From contig CAWFUG010000009.1 in the NCBI GenBank assembly GCA_963818965.1, positions 224,001-288,000 of the forward strand: a stretch of 64,000 nt of DNA. The letters run 5' to 3'. The DNA comes from an uncultured Verrucomicrobiae bacterium (lineage in GTDB: Bacteria > Chlamydiota > Chlamydiia > Chlamydiales > Rhabdochlamydiaceae). Under the pieces are notes generated by a model, which was given only the letters and a program-made list of their open reading frames with translations, did no database searches and was not told the DNA's origin. Position 1 is the stretch's first letter, and the number at the start of each line of letters is the position of its first letter. This document shows positions 19,781 through 28,186 of the stretch, one piece after another. A program made the position numbers and the translations under genes.

Positions 19781-20284
19781 TTAACCATACGTAAAGCCGG
19801 GCCAAGATCCTCCAGACTCTCGAGAACTGCTGTCAGCGGGAACCCGTTTTTGTACAGCTCCGAGGTAGACATTGATTGCTTCTTCTGAGACCTGCATCCA
19901 ATGAGGCCTAGGATCATAGATAACATGAGAAGCCTGTGTGGCATGACGGGTGAGGGCTTTTTGCAGTTTACGATCCAATGAATTGCCTACATCGGTAACC
20001 ACAACGGAAGCAGTAGCGCAAGCTTTTGCGATTTGTTCTGCTAATGCGTCTTCTTGTTCTGATGAAATGCCAGCGATGTCTTCCTCAGGTAACTGTGCAT
20101 CGAAGGAAGAGAAAGTTTTCACCTTAATTTCACGCTCTTGAAATGTCTTTAAGGCGGGTCCTGTCGCATAAATTTCGATAGTTTCACTTCTGGGGCATTG
20201 TCTTATATAGGTGGCAAAATGATCTGCAGAGGACTCGTGGCAGGTGATCAGACGTACTGCAGTAGCTGAGATTGACGATGACAT
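19781..20284 (-). CDS. Hypothetical protein, possibly truncated
   Basis: AAGGAG RBS, 167-aa ORF; no family recognised. Confidence 0.45.
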   Translation of the reverse strand: MSSSISATAVRLITCHESSADHFATYIRQCPRSETIEIYATGPALKTFQEREIKVKTFSSFDAQLPEEDIAGISSEQEDALAEQIAKACATASVVVTDVGNSLDRKLQKALTRHATQASHVIYDPRPHWMQVSEEAINVYLGAVQKRVPADSSSRESGGSWPGFTYG

Positions 20285-20424
20285 AAGGATCTCCTTATTT
20301 TACCAGGGTTTAGGTATGAGCCTATCCTGAACTCTATAGGCTCCTAGCGGAAATATTTTACTAGAAAGGGTTGAAATAGAGCGAGTTAAAAATGGAGGAT
20401 GAGAATTTTCAGAGTTGTGCCAGT

Positions 20425-22107
20425 CTAATCCATGGTTTGTAAAATGGCCGATGCCGCATTGTATCCAGATGTATAAGCTGCATCTGCAGTGCCGCTTCTA
20501 ATTTGATTCACAGCCTCTCCAGCGAAAAACAGTTTATTTTGTACTGGCAATGTTAAATTCACAATATCCAAATAAGAGGTGTTAGTCGAAGGGTACATAT
20601 AGGCTCCTAAAGAAAATGGGTCTTGCCCCCATCTTGTGATCTGGTATTGTACAGGTTGCGAAGGAGCTGATGGGTAAATTGTTTGTATTTGAGCCATTAC
20701 ATTATTCACAATTTGAGCGTCTGATAGGGGTTCTGACGTTCTTGCCCAATCACCAAGGAGAAAAGCGAGTAAAATTGGCGGATTACTTCCCGGAGTATTC
20801 GGATCTGGCACAAAGTTGGAATAAGTCAATATCATATCATAGTTTATTGATGAATCTGGCGTGTAAGGAAGTACAAGTGTGAAATTGGGATTCCAAAAAA
20901 CGCTATCGAACTGCAGGAATACTTTGTCCATTAGGGAAAAACCCATATTTTGTATTGCAAGCTGATGAGATGCTGGTAAACTTGGAATGAATTGGATTGA
21001 ATTCGTTTTTAAAACTCCAAGGGGTACAGTAATCACCACATAATTTGCGCTGTATGCCATACCACTACTTGTGTTAATCACTACTTGGTCGTTTGTGTAG
21101 TTGATTGTGGAAACAATGGAATTTAACTCAATGTTTAGTGAGTTTATATTGAAAATTGTATTAATAAAGTTTGTGTATCCACCTGAAGGAAATGCATCGT
21201 GTCCTAGGTTAAGATAACTAGGCCCAACGGTTGAAGATATGTATTTTGTGTTATCTCCAAACCAACTGGAATATATTAAATTATAGACGAATGGTGTGTA
21301 TATCGAAGTTGGGGGCGTAATAGTCGCCGTATAACAATTAACCGCATCTTCGAATGTTCCGCAACTCGCGAATGTTCGAGTCAATATAGAGAGAAATTGG
21401 TTCGAATAGTATGTGTTAATGTCAGGGTCTGTGATTTGAGTGCTGCCGTTAAATAAACCGATGTCCCCTGCAGTAAAAGGTGTGTTTATTAACGGAATGC
21501 CATATTCTCTTGCTAGGTCAGCTAATACATTATTGTCTATGTCATGGAGCCAAGAAGCGCCTAAGTCAGTCCATGCGCCGTCCATAGTTGTAGTTTGAAG
21601 TCTTCCGCCAATTCTATCTCTGGCCTCTAATATCAATACATTCATATTATTTTCTTGCAAAACTGACGCGGCCTCCAAGCCAGAAATTCCAGCTCCAATT
21701 ACGATTGCATCATAGGTGGGCACAGGCGTGACGGTGACATTAATCGGAACCTGCACAGCGTCTAGCGTTGGCTTAGCCCACACCTTGAGTACCGTTGAAA
21801 TGCTCTGCGCAGAAGTCGGTTGCAATTGCAGTGTAATGGTACTGGACTCTCCTGGAGCTAGTGGAGTGCCGAGGGTGCTCGATACGACGGATAAGCCGCT
21901 GGTGGTTGAAAATTGACTTTGGTTCGTGGGAATGACAACAGCTCCCGATGAGATATTCGTCACGGTAAAGGTGGCTGTGTTAATGGAATATTCTGAAACC
22001 GTTGTTGGAAATGGCGTTGTCGTATTAATAGAAATGAGGTGTGCGAACACTTTAAGTGGGAAAAATAAGAAAAGGATCCCTGAGAACTTTCTGCTCAGAA
22101 GTTTCAC
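20425..22107 (-). CDS. Flavin amine oxidase (MAO/polyamine oxidase family) with signal peptide and N-terminal Ig-like domain
   Basis: GAGISGL, LEARDRIGGR, DLGASWLH, TRWGQDPFSLGAY, FFAGEA; Thr/Ser-rich beta-sandwich-like N-terminus; GTG 22107 with AGGAG RBS. Confidence 0.85.
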   Translation of the reverse strand: MKLLSRKFSGILFLFFPLKVFAHLISINTTTPFPTTVSEYSINTATFTVTNISSGAVVIPTNQSQFSTTSGLSVVSSTLGTPLAPGESSTITLQLQPTSAQSISTVLKVWAKPTLDAVQVPINVTVTPVPTYDAIVIGAGISGLEAASVLQENNMNVLILEARDRIGGRLQTTTMDGAWTDLGASWLHDIDNNVLADLAREYGIPLINTPFTAGDIGLFNGSTQITDPDINTYYSNQFLSILTRTFASCGTFEDAVNCYTATITPPTSIYTPFVYNLIYSSWFGDNTKYISSTVGPSYLNLGHDAFPSGGYTNFINTIFNINSLNIELNSIVSTINYTNDQVVINTSSGMAYSANYVVITVPLGVLKTNSIQFIPSLPASHQLAIQNMGFSLMDKVFLQFDSVFWNPNFTLVLPYTPDSSINYDMILTYSNFVPDPNTPGSNPPILLAFLLGDWARTSEPLSDAQIVNNVMAQIQTIYPSAPSQPVQYQITRWGQDPFSLGAYMYPSTNTSYLDIVNLTLPVQNKLFFAGEAVNQIRSGTADAAYTSGYNAASAILQTMD

Positions 22108-22117
22108 ACGATTCTCC

Positions 22118-22948
22118 TTAAAATAAATGAGTGTAACTAAAATAGACATCATTTGAACTCAATGTGCCGGTATGGAGCCGATAGGGATATGCTGAACCTC
22201 GCGTGCCGAATGATGTCTTGCCAGAATGCACATAATGGTACCCCACAGAAATCCGTTCATGCAGAAAACCCGACAGATGGCACCAATTGAAAGCGAAGCT
22301 TATGCCCCCACCTGCTTGGTAAGCGAAATTGAGATTCGTATGAGAGTAAAAGGGATGCAGAGGGGTATAACCGGAACCGCTGACGGCCTTTTCTTTATAA
22401 TTTTTTGCTCTGTTCCAGACAGGGCCTATGCCAAAGTCGATAAAAGGGGAAATATAATTCAGCATCCAAGTGAGTTGCATTTCAGCCATCACGCGTGTGC
22501 TCTGGATTTTATACTTATAGTGATAAAGCGTGCTGCTAGCATTACCCGCAGCAGTCTCGATCACCCGACCCTTAAAATGATAGTCTTGCGGACTGAAATA
22601 AGCGCCAACGCCTAGCGCAATAGCGGGTTTCCACCGTGCGCCGGTAAACTCATAACCCCCATGCACGTTCAGCGTCACAGCGAGCGAGCGTTGGCTTTTA
22701 AGAGGGTATGCATCGGTGATTAAAACGCCGCTGTCATAGGAAATTTTTGGTCTGCTCTTCCCTAATTTTGCAAAGCTAGCTCCCACTTCTGCCCCTAAAT
22801 AACCGTGGCCAAGAGGTAAAGAATTGGGAGAGTTGCTTGAACATGAGGCGGGTGTAGGCGTGGAAAAAATGGGCATCGCAGACCAAGCATGGGTTAGGGA
22901 GGATGAGAACAGTGTGAAAACCCCGATGGCTCGTAGGATTGCTGACAT
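22118..22948 (-). CDS. Small outer-membrane beta-barrel (opacity/OmpA-like) protein
   Basis: Signal peptide, alternating aromatic strands, PFIDFGIG, NFAYQAGGG, terminal F. Confidence 0.65.
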   Translation of the reverse strand: MSAILRAIGVFTLFSSSLTHAWSAMPIFSTPTPASCSSNSPNSLPLGHGYLGAEVGASFAKLGKSRPKISYDSGVLITDAYPLKSQRSLAVTLNVHGGYEFTGARWKPAIALGVGAYFSPQDYHFKGRVIETAAGNASSTLYHYKYKIQSTRVMAEMQLTWMLNYISPFIDFGIGPVWNRAKNYKEKAVSGSGYTPLHPFYSHTNLNFAYQAGGGISFAFNWCHLSGFLHERISVGYHYVHSGKTSFGTRGSAYPYRLHTGTLSSNDVYFSYTHLF

Positions 22949-23064
22949 GGCAAAGATTCCTTGGAATGAAAGGGTGAATTTGAACAGCAACCCAATTCCA
23001 AGTCAAGTTGTTTCAAAATTTTGTTGTGGGGTATAGCAAAGGGGGCTGTTTTATAGATCAGAGT

Positions 23065-23222
23065 GGCGTTGTTGCATAAATAACTGAATTTCAGCACAGA
23101 GATGGAAAACCACAGGTAGGAACTTTTTTCATATGAATTTCCTCTCTGTAGTGAAGTTGCATATATTCAGAATGGAATGATGGGGAGCTAGATTAGGTCC
23201 TGATGAATTACGCAACAACGCC
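23065..23222. mobile_element. 158-bp MITE with IS903-like terminal inverted repeats and 9-bp target duplication
   Basis: Left GGCGTTGTTGCATAAAT, right AATTACGCAACAACGCC; GATCAGAGT at 23056-23064 and 23223-23231. Confidence 0.9.
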
Positions 23223-23230
23223 GATCAGAG

Positions 23231-24253
23231 TTAAAAATCGAAACGCAAATCGGCCGTGAGTCCCTGTAAGATCAGGTCGATGTTATCGGTGCCTGAATCG
23301 TTGGTAAATACCTGAAACTGACTGAACCAGTCTTGGATCTCATAACTTATTTTCAGAGCAAAGTGGGAGCGGTTTTTATCGAAGTTGAAATCCCATCCGA
23401 GTCCCATGGAGGTTTGAAGCAGGAGAGCTCCAAAGTTTCGATTTTTCATCGGTATAGAGGTTTGGGTGTGAAATACATCGGTGAATTCATCTCGAAGTGT
23501 CCAATGACCCCACATAAAGGCACTTGTGAAATTGCCGATCAGACTGAAAACATGTCGGTTGACGTTTCCGAGAATCCATTGCGCATCGATCCCTCCCTTA
23601 GGGCCCCCTCCTCGGAAATTGTTTTTTACAGACTCAGAGCCTGAATATAAGAAGCCGGGAATGCCAAAATTCGGGGTCGACCATTTACCGTGGATCGCTT
23701 GATTGATCCATCCCGCTTTTGCACCAATTATTGGGCGCAAGGATAAGGATTTACTGACCAAGAAGCTCCTGCCTAAATCCCAATCGAACATGTTGTAATG
23801 GATGTTGAAGCTGATTTTCCCCTTTCCAAATGGTTCTAGTAGAGAAAGTCTCGCAGCTAAAAATCCCGACGTGATCGGTCCATTGGCATGAGCTGTGGTC
23901 CGCGTTTGAAACCAGGTATAGGTGATTTGTGTATCCCACTGATCATGGTGCATATTGTAACCGAGACCGACCCTAAAACCTGGGTCCCAACCGAAGGAGA
24001 TGGTTTTAAAAGTGTCCGTTACGAGATTCCCTTTCGCAGTGACTACATCCGCCCAGTCCACTGTTTCGCTGGTGTGCCAATACAGGGCGTTTGCGGAGAT
24101 GACGATACTTTTATCTTGGGTCTGGGGTCGATCGGAGAGGTTCGGTAATCCGCAATCCTTTCTCTTTGTCTGTTCACCCGTAGAACCGGCATAGAGCTTT
24201 ACGCCAACTGACAGGAGAAGAACAACCACTACTTGTATTAAAACATTTGCCAT
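23231..24253 (-). CDS. Lpg1974/MOMP-like outer-membrane porin
   Basis: GFRVGLGY, DQWDTQ, MFDWDLGRSF, LRPIIG; ends LRFDF. Confidence 0.8.
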   Translation of the reverse strand: MANVLIQVVVVLLLSVGVKLYAGSTGEQTKRKDCGLPNLSDRPQTQDKSIVISANALYWHTSETVDWADVVTAKGNLVTDTFKTISFGWDPGFRVGLGYNMHHDQWDTQITYTWFQTRTTAHANGPITSGFLAARLSLLEPFGKGKISFNIHYNMFDWDLGRSFLVSKSLSLRPIIGAKAGWINQAIHGKWSTPNFGIPGFLYSGSESVKNNFRGGGPKGGIDAQWILGNVNRHVFSLIGNFTSAFMWGHWTLRDEFTDVFHTQTSIPMKNRNFGALLLQTSMGLGWDFNFDKNRSHFALKISYEIQDWFSQFQVFTNDSGTDNIDLILQGLTADLRFDF

Positions 24254-24278
24254 TTTGTTTTCTCTTATCTAGATCACG

Positions 24279-25295
24279 TTAAAAATCGAACCGGCAGTTG
24301 AAAGTCAAACCTTGGAGCGTTAAATCGCCATGTAAAGGTACGAGTTGCGAGGTAGGCACTCTGAGTTGATTGAGCCAAAGTTGCATTTCATAACCCAACT
24401 GCGTGGCAAAGTGGGACCTTCCCTTATTAAAATCGACATCCCATCCAATCCCTAAAAATCCTCTGAACATCAGGGCACCTAGCGTCAATCTCTTCATATT
24501 GACTACGACATCTGCTCCGGTGGAGTTCTTATACACGTTAGCGCAGTTCCAAGTGCCCCAGAGCGTCGCAGCGGAAAAATCCCCAAAAAGACTGGGATAG
24601 TGCGTGCCAAAATCGCGCAATTTCCATTTTGTATTCAAACCGCCGAGTGGGCCTACACCCCAAAAGTTATTTTTCGCATACTCTTTGCCTGAATCTGTCG
24701 TGAGGACCTTTGCAATAATCAGATCTTCGTAATGCACATGAATCGGTTGATGGATCCAACCTCCTTTTAGACCGATAAAGGGGCGTAGGGAGAGGCCTTT
24801 GCTCACCCAGTAACTGCGGCCTAATTCCCAGTCGAACATATTGAAAAGAAGGGCCCAACGGATCTTTGCGCGTTGTGCTAAATTGTCGCTTAGGTCTGCT
24901 GCAAAGAACTCAGGATGGATGGTCCCGTTCGTAATAGATATTTGCTTGGTTTGATGAGCCTCTGTTCGAAACCAGGTCCAATAGAGTTGTGTATCCCATT
25001 GATCGTATCGGAAATTGTATCCTGCCCCAACTCGAAAACCAAAATCCCAATCAAAATGGAAATCGGGTGCACCAAAAGAACTGGTGTTATCGCCTACTTT
25101 GAGCAGGTCTGCCCATACCGCTGAAGCTTCCTCTGAAACGAACCAGGCGAGGAAATCAGCAGAGAGATCCCATTTTCCTAAGACGCGTTGTGAAACGTTC
25201 GGTAGGCCGCGGGTTTCTAAAGGAGTCGGTTCTGCTGCATCCACTTGGACCAGTAGCATCAGCACGGCTAGAATGCAGATAATGCGCTTTTTCAT
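24279..25295 (-). CDS. Lpg1974/MOMP-like outer-membrane porin
   Basis: Same motif set; ends CRFDF. Confidence 0.8.
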   Translation of the reverse strand: MKKRIICILAVLMLLVQVDAAEPTPLETRGLPNVSQRVLGKWDLSADFLAWFVSEEASAVWADLLKVGDNTSSFGAPDFHFDWDFGFRVGAGYNFRYDQWDTQLYWTWFRTEAHQTKQISITNGTIHPEFFAADLSDNLAQRAKIRWALLFNMFDWELGRSYWVSKGLSLRPFIGLKGGWIHQPIHVHYEDLIIAKVLTTDSGKEYAKNNFWGVGPLGGLNTKWKLRDFGTHYPSLFGDFSAATLWGTWNCANVYKNSTGADVVVNMKRLTLGALMFRGFLGIGWDVDFNKGRSHFATQLGYEMQLWLNQLRVPTSQLVPLHGDLTLQGLTFNCRFDF

Positions 25296-25311
25296 GTTGG
25301 TTTATATAAAG

Positions 25312-26418
25312 TTAAAAATCAAAGCGAAGCTCAAGGGTCCCTCCTTGCAAGGTCAATTCATTGTCAAATCTTCCAGTGTCAAATGAGTAAAACTGGAGTT
25401 GATCTAACCAAAATTGCATTTCATATCCCAATTGCGTCAAAAAGTGATATTCACCCCTGCAAAAAGTGAGGTCCCAGCCGAATCCCAAGAAGGTCCTCAA
25501 CATAGAGGCTCCGCTGTTGTTGTGGGGAAGTTTCACAGAGACTTCTTGTCCGATGTCGTTTTTATACACATCCTTAAATGTCCAATGTCCATACAGGATT
25601 GCCGCAGAAAGATCTCCCAAAAGGCTTAAAGAATGATTGCCGAGGGCAAGTAAGTTCCACTTCGTGTTAATACCGATGCTGGGTCCCACGCCCCAAAAAT
25701 TATTTTTGATGTTTTCTCTTCCCATCTCAAAGGGTTGATAGACGGGGGGAGCGGGTGGAAGCGTCGGATCGTGCCATTGGGTGTGAATCGATTGGTAGAT
25801 CCAGCCTCCCTTTAGACCTACAAATGGTCGAAGCGATAGCGCCTTGCTAATCCAAAAAGCCCTACCTAATTCCCAGTCGAATATATTGAAATGGATCGTC
25901 CAATCGATGCTCGCCTTTTGATAGGTTAAACCTTTGACTCCAGCACCACTTGCATTATCGACATAGAAATTACCCACAAAGGCAGAATAGACTGAGTTGG
26001 GGACACTGGAGACGTGATCATTCCCTCTCGCATGAAACCGGGTATAATAAAATTGAGTATCCCACTGATCATGCTTCATCCCATAACTGAGACCGACTCG
26101 AAGACCGGCATTCCAATCGAACTTAATGTCCCGTATATCGCAAATTTCGGGGGAGCCGTCACCGCCTGTGATCACTTCCGCCCAGTTTTCAGTCCCGCTT
26201 TCCTGTGCACGCCAAACGAGAAGATCGGCGAAAATGGCAACACTTCTGGAGCTTGGTTTGAATCGAGAGGAGATGTTCGGCAGCCCGTTGCTAGTGTCTT
26301 CTGCTTGCTGAGTGGTTTGCTGTTTTTTCCCTGCAACAAGCCCATAGGAGTGGGCGGTGTTTGCATAGACGACGTTGGCCAGAAGTGCCACCAGTCCGAA
26401 AAAAAAATTCGCTCTCAA
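25312..26418 (-). CDS. Lpg1974/MOMP-like outer-membrane porin
   Basis: Same motif set; ends LRFDF; TTG 26418 preferred (GGAG upstream, clean signal peptide, room for a TTGACG-18-TACGCT promoter). Confidence 0.8.
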   Translation of the reverse strand: MRANFFFGLVALLANVVYANTAHSYGLVAGKKQQTTQQAEDTSNGLPNISSRFKPSSRSVAIFADLLVWRAQESGTENWAEVITGGDGSPEICDIRDIKFDWNAGLRVGLSYGMKHDQWDTQFYYTRFHARGNDHVSSVPNSVYSAFVGNFYVDNASGAGVKGLTYQKASIDWTIHFNIFDWELGRAFWISKALSLRPFVGLKGGWIYQSIHTQWHDPTLPPAPPVYQPFEMGRENIKNNFWGVGPSIGINTKWNLLALGNHSLSLLGDLSAAILYGHWTFKDVYKNDIGQEVSVKLPHNNSGASMLRTFLGFGWDLTFCRGEYHFLTQLGYEMQFWLDQLQFYSFDTGRFDNELTLQGGTLELRFDF

Positions 26419-26558
26419 AGGCAGGCTCCGTTTGTGCTGAGTCAATAGCGTATGAAAAATTTATATTTAACGTCAAGCGGGTTGTGTTGCTTTAAATCCC
26501 CCCTTCTTGGTAAAAATAGCTCTGCTATGAGAAGTCTGTTATAAAACAAGGGTTTACA

Positions 26559-26714
26559 ATGAACAAAATGAGAAAAATTCGACTAGTGCTATTGCTCAGC
26601 GGTGCTTTTTTTACATCTATCGGTTTATACGCCTGTGGAAAATGCTCAGTGCAGCCAGATGGAAAACCGTCTTTACCGGCCTTTTTCGCTTGCTCGGGAT
26701 GCCAGGGAAAGTAG
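26559..26714 (+). CDS. 51-aa Cys-rich small lipoprotein/secreted peptide (not in ORF track)
   Basis: MNKMRKIRLVLLLSGAFFTSIGLYACGKCSVQPDGKPSLPAFFACSGCQGK; signal peptide paralogous to that of 26835..27713. Confidence 0.6.
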   Translation: MNKMRKIRLVLLLSGAFFTSIGLYACGKCSVQPDGKPSLPAFFACSGCQGK

Positions 26715-26724
26715 AACAGTCTAT

Positions 26725-26796
26725 CGACTTAAGAATCGGGTAGGGCCTTATCAAAGCCCTGGGATTCGACATATATCCCTCCCGATTTTTGGGTCG
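26725..26796. repeat. Degenerate palindromic element
   Basis: CGACTTAAGAATCGGGTAGGG...CCCTCCCGATTTTTGGGTCG with internal AAAGCCCTGGGATTCGAC similar to the copy at 37402-37540. Confidence 0.55.
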
Positions 26797-26834
26797 TATT
26801 CGGTATAACAGAATCATACAACTGAGGATTGACG

Positions 26835-27713
26835 ATGAGCAAAACAGGAAAGATTCGATCAGTATTATTGCTAAGTGGAATTTTTTTACTATCTACCAGT
26901 TTATGCCCCTGTAGCAGACAAAATACAGCACAGCGAGCAGAGGTCGCAAAACCGCAGCTTACTCAAGAGATCCGCTCTAAAGTCTTGGAAATCATAAAAT
27001 ACGCGCAGGATATTCCCGGATTAAAAGCGGAAGAATCTTCCTCTTTAAGAGAGAAAACCGCCGACATTTGGAATGCCCTCGTGGACAATTGTATCCTAGA
27101 GATAAGTGGTACAGACAAAGACGTACGCCCTCATTTCGTCGCGATTCAAGGGATGGTCGAACAGGTGCTCGCCTCTGAATTGCAAAAAGAAGTGAAGGTG
27201 CTCAAATGCATCATTCATACGCCCATGCCCGCAACACCTCTTTGCACGACAGGGGAAATTTCCAGAGAATTGGTCGATCCTTCTATTGAAGTCGATCCAG
27301 CCCGTCTGTTTACTGTAAAAGCGAGAACGACGATTCTCAGAGACTATCTTTTTAAGGGTGGGGACCTCTACAGCATTTATCCTAAAGAGGGACTAAAAAA
27401 ACGTACAGAGGAACAGCTGGAAATTTACCAGCAGGAATTAATGAATTACCCGACCCATCTTTTCGATCTCCCCTTGGAGTGTGAAACGATTCCCACGGAT
27501 CTGATTGGAGCGACTTATTTTTTCAAAGATCAGTCGGGTCACACGTTTGTCTTTGCCATTAAAATCGCACAAGCGAATGATCCAAAAGAAGTGGCTGATT
27601 TTGGACTGTGGTTCGGCCCTGTCGACCATCCCGCTGTTAAGCAGCGGATTCAGTCTGTCTCCCACTACTTGGAACAACAGCACTCAACTATTCTAAAAAC
27701 AGCGCAAGAATAG
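26835..27713 (+). CDS. Secreted/lipoprotein hypothetical protein
   Basis: GAGG RBS, signal peptide; IHTPMPATPLC motif; no family recognised. Confidence 0.7.
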   Translation: MSKTGKIRSVLLLSGIFLLSTSLCPCSRQNTAQRAEVAKPQLTQEIRSKVLEIIKYAQDIPGLKAEESSSLREKTADIWNALVDNCILEISGTDKDVRPHFVAIQGMVEQVLASELQKEVKVLKCIIHTPMPATPLCTTGEISRELVDPSIEVDPARLFTVKARTTILRDYLFKGGDLYSIYPKEGLKKRTEEQLEIYQQELMNYPTHLFDLPLECETIPTDLIGATYFFKDQSGHTFVFAIKIAQANDPKEVADFGLWFGPVDHPAVKQRIQSVSHYLEQQHSTILKTAQE

Positions 27714-27722
27714 TCCTTTTTA

Positions 27723-27860
27723 GAGGATTGCGAATTTGAGCGGTACATAAAAGCCCCGGGGTTTCACGATCGGAGAGGGAACCTGTATTTCTTCAATACT
27801 GGCCCCCTTTCCGATCGTGAAATCGCGGGAGCTTTCACGCGGCTTAAATTCGCAATCCTC
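27723..27860. repeat. About 140-bp palindromic element (RPE-like)
   Basis: Arms GAGGATTGCGAATTT.AGC, inner TTTCACGATCGGA/TCCGATCGTGAAA, core TGTATTTCTTCAATACT; reverse complement aligns with 53452-53584. Confidence 0.9.
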
Positions 27861-27875
27861 AAACGGGTGGGATAT

Positions 27876-28100
27876 ATGAAAAACATGAATATTTTGCTAA
27901 GCATTTTTTGTTTGTCTCTTGTGTCAAATGCACAGTGTGAAGAGAAAAAACATCCCCAACATCTTGCAGATGACCATGGCGAGCATCATGATCACGGCGA
28001 TGGAGATCATGACGGCCATCACGATGGGGATGAGCATCATGATGGCGATAGGCATCATGACGACGAACATCGTGATGATGATAAACATTGGTATGACTAG
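27876..28100 (+). CDS. Small secreted His/Asp-rich protein
   Basis: Signal peptide then about 15 His in HHDGD-type repeats. Confidence 0.65.
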   Translation: MKNMNILLSIFCLSLVSNAQCEEKKHPQHLADDHGEHHDHGDGDHDGHHDGDEHHDGDRHHDDEHRDDDKHWYD

Positions 28101-28186
28101 TTTTGTAAAGCGCTCTTGGTCTGGAGCTGCGATGACGCATAGATCGATGGGGAACCTGGCAGACCTGTGCTGCCAGGTGGTAATAC

